The notes below the pieces were generated by a model, which was not told the origin of the DNA, ran no database searches, and was given only the letters and a program-made list of their open reading frames with translations. From Calditrichia bacterium (GTDB lineage: Bacteria > Calditrichota > Calditrichia > JAJRVZ01): a stretch of 64,000 nucleotides of DNA. Positions 41,420 through 52,045 of this stretch are shown in pieces. The stretch is taken from positions 959,021-1,023,020 of the forward strand of contig CAVZSQ010000022.1 in assembly GCA_963777955.1 (NCBI GenBank). Direction: 5' to 3'. The position numbers and the translations under genes are program-made. Each line of letters opens with the position of its first letter. The stretch's first letter is position 1.

Positions 41420-42829
41420 ATGGCTCTACATGATGATCGTCCCAGGGAATTTTGCGGAATAGTCGGCATTTATGGATCGCCGGAAGCAGCGGTCTGGACT
41501 TATCTGGGCTTATATGCCCTGCAGCACCGTGGCCAGGAGAGTTCCGGGATCGCCAGCAGTGACGGGCAGCAGATTTACAAGCACCTGGGGATGGGTTTAG
41601 TTGCTGACGTTTTTAATGAAGGAATTCTGAAAGAACTTCCGGGTTATCTGGCTATCGGCCATAACCGCTATTCAACCACCGGTTCTTCGAACCAACAGAA
41701 TATCGGTCCTATCGTGGTGAATCAGAAACTGGGCACAATCGGAGTTTCGCACAACGGCAACCTGATCAATTCACAGGTGCTGCGCGAAAAACTTGAGGAA
41801 GAGGGCTCCATCTTTCAAACCACCACCGATAGCGAAGTGATTCTGCACCTGGTGGCCAAGTCACACCGACCGAATCTGGAAGAGAAAATCATGGAGGCGG
41901 TACAGCATATCCGCGGTGCTTTCTCGATGGTTTTTCTCAGCAAGGATAAACTGATCGCCGTCCGGGATCCCTACGGTTTCCGTCCGCTGGCCCTGGGTAA
42001 AAAAGGGCATTGCTTCGTTTTTGCCAGCGAGACCTGTGCTTTTGATCTGATCGGGGCAACCTATGAACGGGACATCAAGTGCGGCGAGATGCTGGTGGTG
42101 GATGCCGCAGGCTTAAAATCCTATCAGATCAGCGAACCGGTCACGCCGCGCCATTGCGTGTTTGAATTTGTCTATTTTTCCAGGCCGGATAGTCAGATCT
42201 TCGGCGAGTACGTGGATAAAACCCGGCGTAAACTGGGGAAGAACCTGGCTGAGGAAAGTCCCTGTACTGCCGATATCGTGATCAGCGTGCCGGACAGCAG
42301 CAATACAGCCGCTCTGGGATATGCTGCCCGCAGTGAGGCCAAATTCGAAATCGGTTTAATCCGTAATCATTATGTGGGCCGTACTTTTATTCATCCCAAG
42401 CAGAGTTTACGTGATATGAATGTGCGTATCAAATTCAATGCGGTCGGAGGAGTGGTAAAAGACCGCCGCCTGGTCATCGTCGATGATTCGATCGTACGGG
42501 GTACTACGCTGCGCGGACTGGTTAAGAGATTACGCAATGCCGGCGCTAAAGAGGTACATATACGGGTTAGTTCACCGCCCATCCGTCATCCCTGTTTTTA
42601 TGGCATGGATTTTCCTACCCAGGAAGAACTGATCGCCAGCAAAAAAACCGTGGAGGAGATCGCCAGTTTTTTAGGCGTGGATTCACTGAGTTATCTGTCA
42701 CTGGAGAAAATGCTGGCAGCCATGCCTCACAGTAACGGTCAGGAATATTGCACAGCTTGCTTCAGCGGTAATTATCCCATACCCGTGGATGAAACCCAAA
42801 GTAAAAAACGGCATGAATCCTGCACCTAA
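41420..42829 (+). CDS. purF: Amidophosphoribosyltransferase
   Basis: CGIVG after propeptide, LQHRGQE, HNRYST, VDDSIVRGTT. Confidence 0.96.
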   Translation: MALHDDRPREFCGIVGIYGSPEAAVWTYLGLYALQHRGQESSGIASSDGQQIYKHLGMGLVADVFNEGILKELPGYLAIGHNRYSTTGSSNQQNIGPIVVNQKLGTIGVSHNGNLINSQVLREKLEEEGSIFQTTTDSEVILHLVAKSHRPNLEEKIMEAVQHIRGAFSMVFLSKDKLIAVRDPYGFRPLALGKKGHCFVFASETCAFDLIGATYERDIKCGEMLVVDAAGLKSYQISEPVTPRHCVFEFVYFSRPDSQIFGEYVDKTRRKLGKNLAEESPCTADIVISVPDSSNTAALGYAARSEAKFEIGLIRNHYVGRTFIHPKQSLRDMNVRIKFNAVGGVVKDRRLVIVDDSIVRGTTLRGLVKRLRNAGAKEVHIRVSSPPIRHPCFYGMDFPTQEELIASKKTVEEIASFLGVDSLSYLSLEKMLAAMPHSNGQEYCTACFSGNYPIPVDETQSKKRHESCT

Positions 42830-43775
42830 ATCGGAATGGATTTCCTGGTTGGATTATATTTTCGTCCTGCGTCCCATGCTCTTTTATCCAGGCTGGTCAA
42901 CCCTGCTGGCAGGTTATTTTATTGCCGCTGCAAATTATAGTACTGTAATAAACTGGTCGTTGACGAATATTGACCACGCAGTTGTTTTTACCCTTTTATT
43001 ATCGTTTGCGGCAGTGATGGGCGGCAGTTTTATTCTGAATCAGCTGCAGGATGTTGAAAGCGACCGGCAGAATAAAAAATTATTTATTATCGGCGGCGGA
43101 TTGTTAAAAAGAAAGTACCTCGTGATCGAAACAGTTATTCTGCCTGTACTCGCACTGATTCTGGCTTTGACCCTGAGTTTACGGGTTGCCCTGTTGATCC
43201 TGTCCTTTTTTCTGGTAACCGGTATACTGTATAATTTTCAGCCTGCGGCCATGAAGGATCGGCCCTGGGGCAGTCTGGCAGCGAATATGATCATGGGTGG
43301 ACTTGCTTTCGCTATCGGCTGGTGTGCCGTACGATCATGCAGTTTTAGATTGATCGAAGATCTTCTGCCGTATCTGTTTTTTAATACCGCCCTGTATCTG
43401 TTTACAACCCTGCCCGATATCACCGGGGATATTCAAGTTGATAAAAAAACACTGGCGGTAATTTACGGTAAAACCGGTATCATACGCGCAGCCTTCGTGT
43501 TGTACCTGCTGGGATTTATCTGCGCGCTCATGGCCGGCGATGAACTGGCGCTGATATTTTATGTCCTTTCACTGCCGTTCTTCATCATAAACGTTGTTAC
43601 CGGCCGTATTGCCGATACTCTGCGGGCTACTAAATTCGGAATTTTATTTTTTGCCCTGGGGATCTGCCTGCACTGGCCGCTCTATTTTTTATTGATGATC
43701 GCGGGTTTCTTTGCGACGCGCTTTTATTTTCACCGGCGTTTTAATTTTAATTATCCGAATTTTTCAGGAAATTAA
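42813..43775 (+). CDS. UbiA-superfamily prenyltransferase (DGGGP-synthase-like)
   Basis: LRP, NQLQDVESDRQN, PDITGD...KKTLAV motifs; about 8-9 TM helices. Confidence 0.8.
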   Translation: MNPAPKSEWISWLDYIFVLRPMLFYPGWSTLLAGYFIAAANYSTVINWSLTNIDHAVVFTLLLSFAAVMGGSFILNQLQDVESDRQNKKLFIIGGGLLKRKYLVIETVILPVLALILALTLSLRVALLILSFFLVTGILYNFQPAAMKDRPWGSLAANMIMGGLAFAIGWCAVRSCSFRLIEDLLPYLFFNTALYLFTTLPDITGDIQVDKKTLAVIYGKTGIIRAAFVLYLLGFICALMAGDELALIFYVLSLPFFIINVVTGRIADTLRATKFGILFFALGICLHWPLYFLLMIAGFFATRFYFHRRFNFNYPNFSGN

Positions 43776-43780
43776 TACCC

Positions 43781-43973
43781 ATGAAATCAAAACAGATCAG
43801 TCTGAAAGAGGATAGACTGTGACTTCTGCGGAACCTGCCTGGGAGTGTGTCCTGAAAATTGTATAGAACTGCGCGTAGCGCAATTAATAATAGATCAGCA
43901 ATTATGTACACGTTGTGAAAAATGTGTGCTGGTATGTCCGTTAAATGCACTTTATGCTGAGCCGGGATCATGA
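43781..43973 (+). CDS. 2x[4Fe-4S] ferredoxin (one-base frameshift near 43817; absent from ORF track)
   Basis: MKSKQISLKEDR then CDFCGTCLGVCP...CTRCEKCVLVCP; stop overlaps the next ATG (ATGA). Confidence 0.85.
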
Positions 43974-45190
43974 ACATAAAAGATCGCTATGATGTGGTGG
44001 TTGTTGGCGGTGGACCTGCCGGATCCATGGCTGCCCTGCATGCAGCCAGAGGCGGATCCGAGGTTCTACTGCTGGAAAAAGACCGGGAAATCGGGTCCCC
44101 GGTGCGTTGCGCCGAGGCTGTGGGAAAAGACGGAGTGGAAAAAATCCTGGAACAATCTATTCATCCTGCCTGGGTTGCCGCTACCGTGGATAAATTTTTA
44201 TTCATTGCACCCGATGGCACCAGAATTTATCCGCAGGTCAGGATGGTTGGTTTCGTACTCAACCGGAAGATATTTGATCTTGAACTGGCCCGCCAGGCAG
44301 CACAGGCCGGTGCCCGCATCGAGACCCGGGCCTACGTGCATCAACTGCTGATGAACGGTAACAGGGTTAGCGGGGTTGTTTGCCGGTTCGACGGACAGGA
44401 TAAACACATTGCAGCTAAAATTGTGATCGGGGCAGATGGCGTGGAATCACGCATCGGCCGCTGGGCTGGAATTAATACGACTATTGCCATGAAAGATATG
44501 GAAACCTGCGCCCAGGCTACACTGGGTAATGTAGATATCGAAATGGATACATGTATTTTTTATTTTAACCAGCAGAAATTTCCCGGCGGGTATGGCTGGG
44601 TATTTCCCAAGGGTGCCGGCCTGGCCAATGTAGGTTTAGGAATTGCCGGCAATGCCACTAAAAACCAGTCTGCGCAAACACGTCTGGATTCATTCATCGC
44701 TGAATTTTATCCCGACAGTCCGGTGCTGAGCAAAACCGTGGGAGGTGTACCCTGCGCTAATCGCCTGCCCCGTATCTCTGCGGATGGACTAATGTTGGCC
44801 GGGGATGCAGCCTGGCAAAGCAACCCGATCAGCGGCGGGGGCATTACCACCGCTATGGCCGCCGGTAAAATGGCCGGCCGCATTGCTGCCGAAGCAGTAC
44901 GCCGGGACAGTTGTGATGAAAAATTCTTTGAAAAATATGAACAAGAGTGGGATCAACTGGCCGGTAAAACGCAGCGGCGCAACTACCGGATTAAAGAAGC
45001 AATCAGAAAACTAAGCGATCAGCAATTAAATGAAACAGCGCATAAAATACAGAAACTGAAACCTGAAAAACAAACTCTATTAAAGATTTTCCAAACAGCC
45101 CTGATCAACCATCCGGCCCTGCTGATCGATGTAATCAAAGTCATGGCTCCGTTTTCCCGAAATAATTTATTAAAGGCAAGGAGAGAATAA
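43970..45190 (+). CDS. Geranylgeranyl reductase family FAD oxidoreductase (archaeal DGGGPL reductase-like)
   Basis: GGGPAG, VRCAEAV, IGADG, PGGYGWVFPKG, GDAA...NPISGGGI. Confidence 0.85.
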   Translation: MNIKDRYDVVVVGGGPAGSMAALHAARGGSEVLLLEKDREIGSPVRCAEAVGKDGVEKILEQSIHPAWVAATVDKFLFIAPDGTRIYPQVRMVGFVLNRKIFDLELARQAAQAGARIETRAYVHQLLMNGNRVSGVVCRFDGQDKHIAAKIVIGADGVESRIGRWAGINTTIAMKDMETCAQATLGNVDIEMDTCIFYFNQQKFPGGYGWVFPKGAGLANVGLGIAGNATKNQSAQTRLDSFIAEFYPDSPVLSKTVGGVPCANRLPRISADGLMLAGDAAWQSNPISGGGITTAMAAGKMAGRIAAEAVRRDSCDEKFFEKYEQEWDQLAGKTQRRNYRIKEAIRKLSDQQLNETAHKIQKLKPEKQTLLKIFQTALINHPALLIDVIKVMAPFSRNNLLKARRE

Positions 45191-46134
45191 TGAAAAATCT
45201 TCTGATCCTGATGGCAGGGCTATGCTGGCTGGTTTGCTTTCCGGCACAGTTGCCGGGTCAAAAAGTACAGCGAGGACAGGCGCCGGCCGGCGGTCAGACA
45301 ATGCATAGTCCGAGATCAAACGGGGCCTGGAGTTATACGGCAGACTAAATATCAGGAAGCAGAAAAAATATTTCTGCAGGTATGAAAAATAATCCAAAGC
45401 TTTAATCGCCAAAGAGATGCTGGCCTGGATATATTATCATAATCAGGATTTAAAACAAGCCAGAATGTATGCCCTGATGAGTCTGTTACGCCAAAATAAG
45501 AAAATCCGCACGGGCAATTATGGTCCTCTCCTGGGTAATGGATTATAAAGGGAAAAAATTAGCAGCCCGCGATCTGCTGGCCAAAGCAGAACGCTTTGCT
45601 GAAGACGATCTGGTCAAAGGCGAAATAAAAACACTAAAAGCGGCATATCAGACCGGGAATTTCAATCTTATGCTGACTCTGCCACTGCGGTTCCGGGGAT
45701 CAACGGGTTGACGGTCGGGAGAAAAACCGGCATCTGGCTGTATTCGCTTTCGAGGACAATACGATGATGCCACGGCAGAAAGCGAAAACTGGGACAACGA
45801 TCTCAGATATGATGGTTACAACCCTGAGCCCAAGGGTGATCATTACCGGTTATATGGAACGTACACAGTTGGATAAAGTACTGGAGTGAGCAGGCGCTCG
45901 GCCAGAGCGGGGCAATTGAACCGCAAACCGCAGTGGAAGTTGGAAAATTGATCGGAGTAAATCTCGTGCTGGTCGGCAGTATAAGCAAACTTGACGATCG
46001 ATTTGAACTCGATGCCCGGATTATCGAAGTCTGGAAGCGGAGAGATCCGGCAGGCGGCCAACAGTTCGGTCAAAGACGAAGATAAAATGCGTGAAGCCGT
46101 AAATGAGTTGGCTGAAAATTTAACCATAGATTAA
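45190..46134 (+). CDS. Exported TPR + CsgG/HfaB-like protein (many frameshifts)
   Basis: Pieces across frames: signal peptide, TPR-like helices, AVFAFED, ERTQLDKVL, AVEVGKLIGV, ELDARIIEV. Confidence 0.6.
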
Positions 46135-46150
46135 GTACAGATGAGGAATT

Positions 46151-47068
46151 TTGGCAGCGTTTATTAACAGATTGCAAAATAGTTTAAAGAAAACCCGCGA
46201 GGGAGTTTTCAGTAAACTTACCCGTATCTTTTCAGCACGGAAAAAGATTGATCAGGATACCCTCGGGGAAATCGAGGAAATCCTGCTGAGCGGGGATGTC
46301 GGAGTCGAGACTACTCTTTATTTGATGGATAAAATTAAAGCACGGGTAAAAGAGGAGGGTTATCAGGATAGCGCAGAGTTAGAAACTTTAATGAAGCATG
46401 AACTTGCCGGTCTGCTGCATGGCGGCGTACAGGAAGCCAGCGGTGGTCCGGGTGTAAAAATAGTATTGGTGGTCGGTGTGAACGGTACCGGTAAAACCAC
46501 CTCAATTGCCAAACTGGCACATCTTTACCAGCAGCAGGGTAAAAAAGTATTATTGGCAGCAGGAGATACGTTCAGGGCGGCAGCAATTGACCAGCTGGCA
46601 GTGTGGGCTGAACGGGTAGGTTGTGATCTTATACGGCATCAACCCAATGCCGATCCCTCGGCAGTGGTATTTGATGCCATTACCGCGGCCCAGGCCAGGA
46701 ATGTGGATTACCTGATCATTGATACAGCCGGACGCCTGCATACCAAATCCAACCTGATGACTGAATTGAACAAGATCTACCGGGTGATTCAAAAAAAGGC
46801 AGAACATGCCCCGCACGAAGTGATTCTGGTTGTGGATGCCAGTACCGGTCAGAATGCCATCAACCAGGCGCGTGAATTTAAGAATGCCGCACGGGTAGAT
46901 AATATTTTCCTGACCAAACTGGATGGAACGGCCAAGGGCGGCGTACTCATGGCAATCAATAAGGAATTGAATATACCGGTCAAGTACATCGGCACCGGAG
47001 AAAAAGTCGAAGATATTGCCTATTTTGATCCGGATGAATTTATAACCAGCCTGTTTTTACGAGAATGA
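46151..47068 (+). CDS. ftsY: SRP receptor FtsY
   Basis: GVNGTGKTT, DTFRAAA, DTAGR, TKLDGTAKGG. Confidence 0.96.
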   Translation: MAAFINRLQNSLKKTREGVFSKLTRIFSARKKIDQDTLGEIEEILLSGDVGVETTLYLMDKIKARVKEEGYQDSAELETLMKHELAGLLHGGVQEASGGPGVKIVLVVGVNGTGKTTSIAKLAHLYQQQGKKVLLAAGDTFRAAAIDQLAVWAERVGCDLIRHQPNADPSAVVFDAITAAQARNVDYLIIDTAGRLHTKSNLMTELNKIYRVIQKKAEHAPHEVILVVDASTGQNAINQAREFKNAARVDNIFLTKLDGTAKGGVLMAINKELNIPVKYIGTGEKVEDIAYFDPDEFITSLFLRE

Positions 47069-48366
47069 AAAAAGTACATATTACCACTCTGGGTTGTGCC
47101 AAGAATCTGGTCGATTCGGAGGTGCTGAGTGCCCAGTTGAAATACCGTGATTATCTGTTTACAGCGGAACCCCGCGAAGCGGAATTCATCATTATCAATA
47201 CCTGTGGCTTTATAACTGCAGCCAAGGAAGAGTCACTCCAGGCGATCCTTGAAGCGATTGAAATCAAGAAACAGAATCGCGGAATAAAAGTGCTGGTCAG
47301 CGGCTGCCTGGCCCAGAGATATAAAAATGCACTGGCTGCAGATATTAAAGAAGTCGATGCTTTTTTCGGTACGGAAGATTACGGGCAGATTTTGACCTAT
47401 CTGGGTGAAAATAATTTTCATCCCGAGGAGATGTACCTCAGGCGGGCTAAAAATGTCAGTGCAGCTTATGCTTATATTAAAATCAGCGAAGGCTGTAATC
47501 ATACCTGTGCTTTTTGTGCCATTCCGGCCATCCGCGGCCGGCAGCGCAGTCGCCGGATGGAAGAGATTATGGCGGAAGCGCAACTGCTGGCTGAACGGGG
47601 AGTGAAAGAATTAATTCTGATTTCTCAGGATACCTCTGATTATGGTAAAGATCTGTACGGAGAACAGCGTATTGTTGAACTGGCCGGTGAACTGGCTGCC
47701 CTGAATGCTTTTACCTGGATCAGAACACTGTACTGGTATCCCACTAATTTTCCGTTAGCCTATATTGAATTGATGAATAAATATCCGGCTATCATTCCTT
47801 ATCTCGATATACCTGTTCAGCATGTAAGCGACCGGGTACTGGGCCGGATGCGCCGGGCCGAAACTGCAGCAGAACTAACGACCTTTTTTGAACGGGTGCG
47901 GGAGATACGTCCGGATATTGCCCTGCGCACTACCTTGATGCTCGGACATCCCGGGGAACAGGAAGAAGATTTTAAAAAGTTAAAGGATTTTGTCAAAAAA
48001 ATATGTTTTGATCGCCTGGGTACCTTTGTATATTCTGATGAAGAAGGAACAACAGCATTTCAGTCAGCGGATAAAATAGCCCTACGGTTGGCCACCCGCC
48101 GGCGTGATCAAATTATGAAGATTCAGCAGCGGATTGCGCTGCGGAAAAATGAGCAACTGCTGGATACAGTCCAGCTGGTATTGATCGATAGCTGGCATGC
48201 AGACGGGAAATATTACAGCGGCCGTACCTACCGGGATGCTCCGGAAATCGACAACGAAGTGATAATCCGCGGACCTGAAAACCAGCCCGGTCTGTGCGGT
48301 ACTTTTCAACAGGTCAGGATTGATGATGCCAGAGAATATGAACTTTACGGGTCCCTGGCCGTTTAA
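47065..48366 (+). CDS. rimO: Ribosomal protein S12 methylthiotransferase
   Basis: LGCAKNLVDSE, NTCGFI, CNHTCAFC, DAPEID. Confidence 0.93.
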   Translation: MKKVHITTLGCAKNLVDSEVLSAQLKYRDYLFTAEPREAEFIIINTCGFITAAKEESLQAILEAIEIKKQNRGIKVLVSGCLAQRYKNALAADIKEVDAFFGTEDYGQILTYLGENNFHPEEMYLRRAKNVSAAYAYIKISEGCNHTCAFCAIPAIRGRQRSRRMEEIMAEAQLLAERGVKELILISQDTSDYGKDLYGEQRIVELAGELAALNAFTWIRTLYWYPTNFPLAYIELMNKYPAIIPYLDIPVQHVSDRVLGRMRRAETAAELTTFFERVREIRPDIALRTTLMLGHPGEQEEDFKKLKDFVKKICFDRLGTFVYSDEEGTTAFQSADKIALRLATRRRDQIMKIQQRIALRKNEQLLDTVQLVLIDSWHADGKYYSGRTYRDAPEIDNEVIIRGPENQPGLCGTFQQVRIDDAREYELYGSLAV

Positions 48367-48404
48367 AAGAGTGAGTGTGGATATTTAACATACAGGAAAT
48401 ATAA

Positions 48405-49682
48405 ATGAAAAAGACCGGTTTCTTGATTCTGCTGGGATTACTTACCATAAGCAGTAGTAATGCCCAGTTCTACGAATCATCCCGCCAGAGCGGCACGGGG
48501 ATCCCGTATTTTGAAGTCGAATTGTACCGCACTTTTGCGGATGATCATCAATCCACCCGGGTTTATGTTTATACCGAGATATTGTACGATGATCTGACTT
48601 TTATCAAAGAAACCAGCGGCAACAGTTTCAAGGCACAATTGGAACTGCAGCTGGCTTTGATTGATAAAGATGACCGGCAGGTAGGATTTAAATCGATCAC
48701 AAAAACAATCACTGAGACGGATTATAGTGCGACGAATAGCCGGGAACGCAGTGTTTCATTGAGTCATTATTTCGATATACCGTATGGTGAGTATCAATTG
48801 AAGTTGAAAATGAATGATGAGATATCCCAAAAGACCACTACCGGTAAACTCGACCTTATTCTGACTGATTATAAAATGCAGAAATTTGCACTCAGCGATC
48901 TGTTATTACTGAACGACTTGAGTTTTGATTCCACCGGTAAAGTTATCTCCCGTATACCGCGGGTAAAAAGCAATTTCCCGAAGAAAGAAGGGGACTTTTA
49001 TATCCAGTTTGAAGTATTCAGCCTGCAATTTCCCCTGGATGTAACTCTGGAAGTGGAGTTGCGGGATGAAAAAGACCAACTCGAACTGGACAGCACCATG
49101 ACCATCAATGTCAAGGATACAGTTACTTCGTTTTATTTTGACATTGCCAAATATCAATTGAAGAAGAATAATTATACCTGCATCGTTCAAGCAAAAACAG
49201 GAAAAAGCAAATCCGAAAGCCGTAAAAAGATCTCATTTTACTGGGTGACCCTGCCGGAAACCAGCGAGGATATAACCACAGCCATCGAGCAGATGCGCTA
49301 TATTTTACCTACCGACTCGCTGGACAGGTATGCCGAAGCGTCCCTGGCCGAGCAGCAAAAATTTTTCAGCAATTACTGGGCGCGGCGGGACCCCAATCCT
49401 AATACCAAGGTAAATGAGTTAATGGACGAATATTTCAGCCGGATCAATTATGCGAACCGTGAATTTACCAATTTCAGTTCCAAAGGCTGGTTGTCCGATC
49501 GCGGCCGGATTATGATTAAATTCGGATATCCGGACGATATTGAACGCCATCCCTTCGAAATCAGTTCTTCTCCGTATGAAGTATGGCGATACTATAACCT
49601 GCGCCGGGTTTTTGTTTTTATTGATGAAAGTGGTTTTGGCGATTACCGGCTGTCGCCCCAGTCGATGAGCCAGGAGTATTAG
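48405..49682 (+). CDS. GWxTD domain protein
   Basis: Signal peptide; WARRDPNP, GWLSDRGRI. Confidence 0.85.
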   Translation: MKKTGFLILLGLLTISSSNAQFYESSRQSGTGIPYFEVELYRTFADDHQSTRVYVYTEILYDDLTFIKETSGNSFKAQLELQLALIDKDDRQVGFKSITKTITETDYSATNSRERSVSLSHYFDIPYGEYQLKLKMNDEISQKTTTGKLDLILTDYKMQKFALSDLLLLNDLSFDSTGKVISRIPRVKSNFPKKEGDFYIQFEVFSLQFPLDVTLEVELRDEKDQLELDSTMTINVKDTVTSFYFDIAKYQLKKNNYTCIVQAKTGKSKSESRKKISFYWVTLPETSEDITTAIEQMRYILPTDSLDRYAEASLAEQQKFFSNYWARRDPNPNTKVNELMDEYFSRINYANREFTNFSSKGWLSDRGRIMIKFGYPDDIERHPFEISSSPYEVWRYYNLRRVFVFIDESGFGDYRLSPQSMSQEY

Positions 49683-49696
49683 TTCCGGCCCGGAGT

Positions 49697-51322
49697 ATGA
49701 CCTATCCATTCCGGCAATTCAGTAAAACAATTCTCGACCAGGAATTACTCTTATTCCATCCCAGGAAAAGTGATGATATCGCTGTAGCCCTGATATATCC
49801 CAATTGTTATGAACTGGGCATTAGCAATTTAGGTTTTCAGACTGTTTTCCGCATGCTCAACCAGTTGCCCGGTCTGTACGCCGAAAGGGCTTTTCTTTAT
49901 CCCCCGCCGTTCACACCAGTTGCCCGGACACTGGAGAGCAACAGGTCGCTGAGTGATTTTGATTGCCTGGCCTTCTCAGTAGCCTTCGAATTGGATCTGC
50001 TGCATCTGGTCAGGATCCTGCAGCAGACCGGTATTCCCGTACTGGCGCAGGACAGATCCTCCGGGAATTATCCATTAATCGCGGCCGGGGGCATGGTCAT
50101 GTTCATGAATCCAATGCCGGCAGCACCGTTCCTGGACGTGATTTTCATCGGTGAAGCCGAAGGATTGCTGGAGAATTTCACTGCGGTTTTGGTGCAGGCC
50201 CGCCGCGACCGCTGGACACGGACTGAGATATTACAGAAATTGGCGGTTATAAAGGGATTATATGTCCCGGCACACCATGATCCCACCCGGTTTGAATCAA
50301 TTGAGCGAAATTACCGGCCGGACATGAACGGCATTCCGAATTCCTCGGCCGTAATTGCCAGGACGGGAATATTCAAAAATATGTACTTGATTGAGGCAGG
50401 GCGGGGGTGTCCCCGCGGCTGCCGATTTTGTGCAGCGGGTTATGTATACCGGCCTTACCGGGTGAATACCTTACGGCAGATTGAAAATAGCGTCGATCCG
50501 CAATATTGGAAAAACCGCCCGGTCGGAGTGGTCGGTTCGGCCGTCTCGGATTATAAAGAATTACCGGCACTGCTGGAATGGATCATTGAACAGCAGGGCA
50601 AACTGGGGATCTCTTCCTTCCGGATCGACGAATTAAATTCTAAAAATATTGATTTGTTTGAACGCGGTGGATTACGGTCGATTGCAGTAGCACCGGAAGC
50701 GGGTTCAGAGCGGATGCGCCGCGTGATCCATAAACCGGTCAGTGAGCAGGATATTGTGCAGGGGGCACGTCTGGTGGCCCGTTCCAGGATACAAAATCTG
50801 AAACTATATTTTATGTTAGGCCTGCCTTTTGAACAGGAACAGGATCTGCAGGCGCTGGTTGATCTGGCCGGTACGATCAACGAAATATATAATGAGAAGG
50901 GCAGTACCGGTTCGGTCAAAATTTCCTGCAATGCTTTCGTACCAAAGGCTTTCACCCCTTTCCAGTGGAGCCGTATGGAAGAGGAAGAGGAGATTGACCG
51001 TAAACGGAATTATTTACGGCGGCAATTTAAAAAATTTAATAAAGTCAGGTTCAGTCCGGCCAAAAGCACACGCGAGGATATTCTGCAGGGTATTTTATCC
51101 AGAGGAGACGAACGACTGGCCGGATTGATGCAATTGCTTGCTCAGGATATGAACAACTGGAAAAAGCAAGCCGCTGAAATCGGCTTTGAATACAAGTCTT
51201 TTTTACACCGTGATTGGAATTACCAGGATCGCTTGCCCTGGGATTTGATCAAAGGTCCGGTTCCGAAAGAGTATCTGTGGAAGGAATGGCAACGGGCCAG
51301 GGAAGAGGCCGGCAGCAGTTAA
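49697..51322 (+). CDS. Radical SAM protein with B12-binding-like N-terminus
   Basis: [33 protein letters not shown]. Confidence 0.85.
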   Translation: MTYPFRQFSKTILDQELLLFHPRKSDDIAVALIYPNCYELGISNLGFQTVFRMLNQLPGLYAERAFLYPPPFTPVARTLESNRSLSDFDCLAFSVAFELDLLHLVRILQQTGIPVLAQDRSSGNYPLIAAGGMVMFMNPMPAAPFLDVIFIGEAEGLLENFTAVLVQARRDRWTRTEILQKLAVIKGLYVPAHHDPTRFESIERNYRPDMNGIPNSSAVIARTGIFKNMYLIEAGRGCPRGCRFCAAGYVYRPYRVNTLRQIENSVDPQYWKNRPVGVVGSAVSDYKELPALLEWIIEQQGKLGISSFRIDELNSKNIDLFERGGLRSIAVAPEAGSERMRRVIHKPVSEQDIVQGARLVARSRIQNLKLYFMLGLPFEQEQDLQALVDLAGTINEIYNEKGSTGSVKISCNAFVPKAFTPFQWSRMEEEEEIDRKRNYLRRQFKKFNKVRFSPAKSTREDILQGILSRGDERLAGLMQLLAQDMNNWKKQAAEIGFEYKSFLHRDWNYQDRLPWDLIKGPVPKEYLWKEWQRAREEAGSS

Positions 51323-51513
51323 ATTTTGGCCTTTAAAATCTTACCGGCCTGGATACAACTGGTGCATACACGCATCCTTTTAGCTCCCGCGGGGGTCTGC
51401 ACCCGGATGGACTGCAGATTGGGCAGGAATCTGCGTTTGGTGATATTATGGGCATGACTGACATTGTGTCCCATAACCGGCTTTTTTCCGCATACTTCGC
51501 AAACCATTGGCAT
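51319..51513 (-). CDS. rpmB: 50S ribosomal protein L28 (Cys-containing form)
   Basis: [26 protein letters not shown]. Confidence 0.95.
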   Translation of the reverse strand: MPMVCEVCGKKPVMGHNVSHAHNITKRRFLPNLQSIRVQTPAGAKRMRVCTSCIQAGKILKAKI

Positions 51514-51599
51514 AGTTGAATCTCCTTAAGTATAAACTATAAATATAAGAATATAGAATTAATAAATCAATAAGGCACAAAGTCACAGAGGCAAAGAAT

Positions 51600-51630
51600 C
51601 ACCTTCGAGGTTCTATAAACCTCGAAGGTG
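51600..51630. repeat. REP doublet, same family as 14199-14286
   Basis: CACCTTCGAGGTT-CTATA-AACCTCGAAGGTG. Confidence 0.75.
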
Positions 51631-51786
51631 GATAGACTTAACAGCCTATAATAAAAATACCTTAGTACCTGAGAATTTATCAATCCCCCTTAGAAAAGGT
51701 GGGAGACCTGGCACTTCCACTCTCTACCCTTTTAGCCTTTTTTCCTGTTTACCTTTTTACCTTCAATTCAACACAGTGCCCTAAAG

Positions 51787-51808
51787 TTATGACAGATTTC
51801 TGTCGTAA
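51787..51808. promoter_or_regulatory. Candidate operator palindrome
   Basis: TTATGACAGA-TT-TCTGTCGTAA (9/10 dyad) upstream of the large secreted protein gene. Confidence 0.3.
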
Positions 51809-52045
51809 ATCAATTGTATACTTTCTTTGTTCATATTCTTGATATAAAAAGTTGAAACAAGGGGGCAGGGGTATGAATTTCCGGAGTGTTTTTATTTTGA
51901 TTTATAATATTTTCACCGCCAGCCTGTGGAGATTTAACTCTGGATCTACCTTCATATTTGTCAGCCTTGCTGATGACGGGTATCGATTTTGTGACCATAA
52001 AGATAATAGACATCGATAATATTTTTTATATAAAAAGGAGAAAAA

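Noticed and set aside
43817..43822. Selenocysteine TGA in the ferredoxin
   Set aside because: The Cys motifs lie in a different frame; an indel, not readthrough, explains it.
49697..51322. Radical SAM enzyme as a tetraether or ring synthase linked to the lipid module
   Set aside because: Motifs fit a widespread uncharacterised radical SAM group and four unrelated genes separate it from GGR; nothing specific supports the link.
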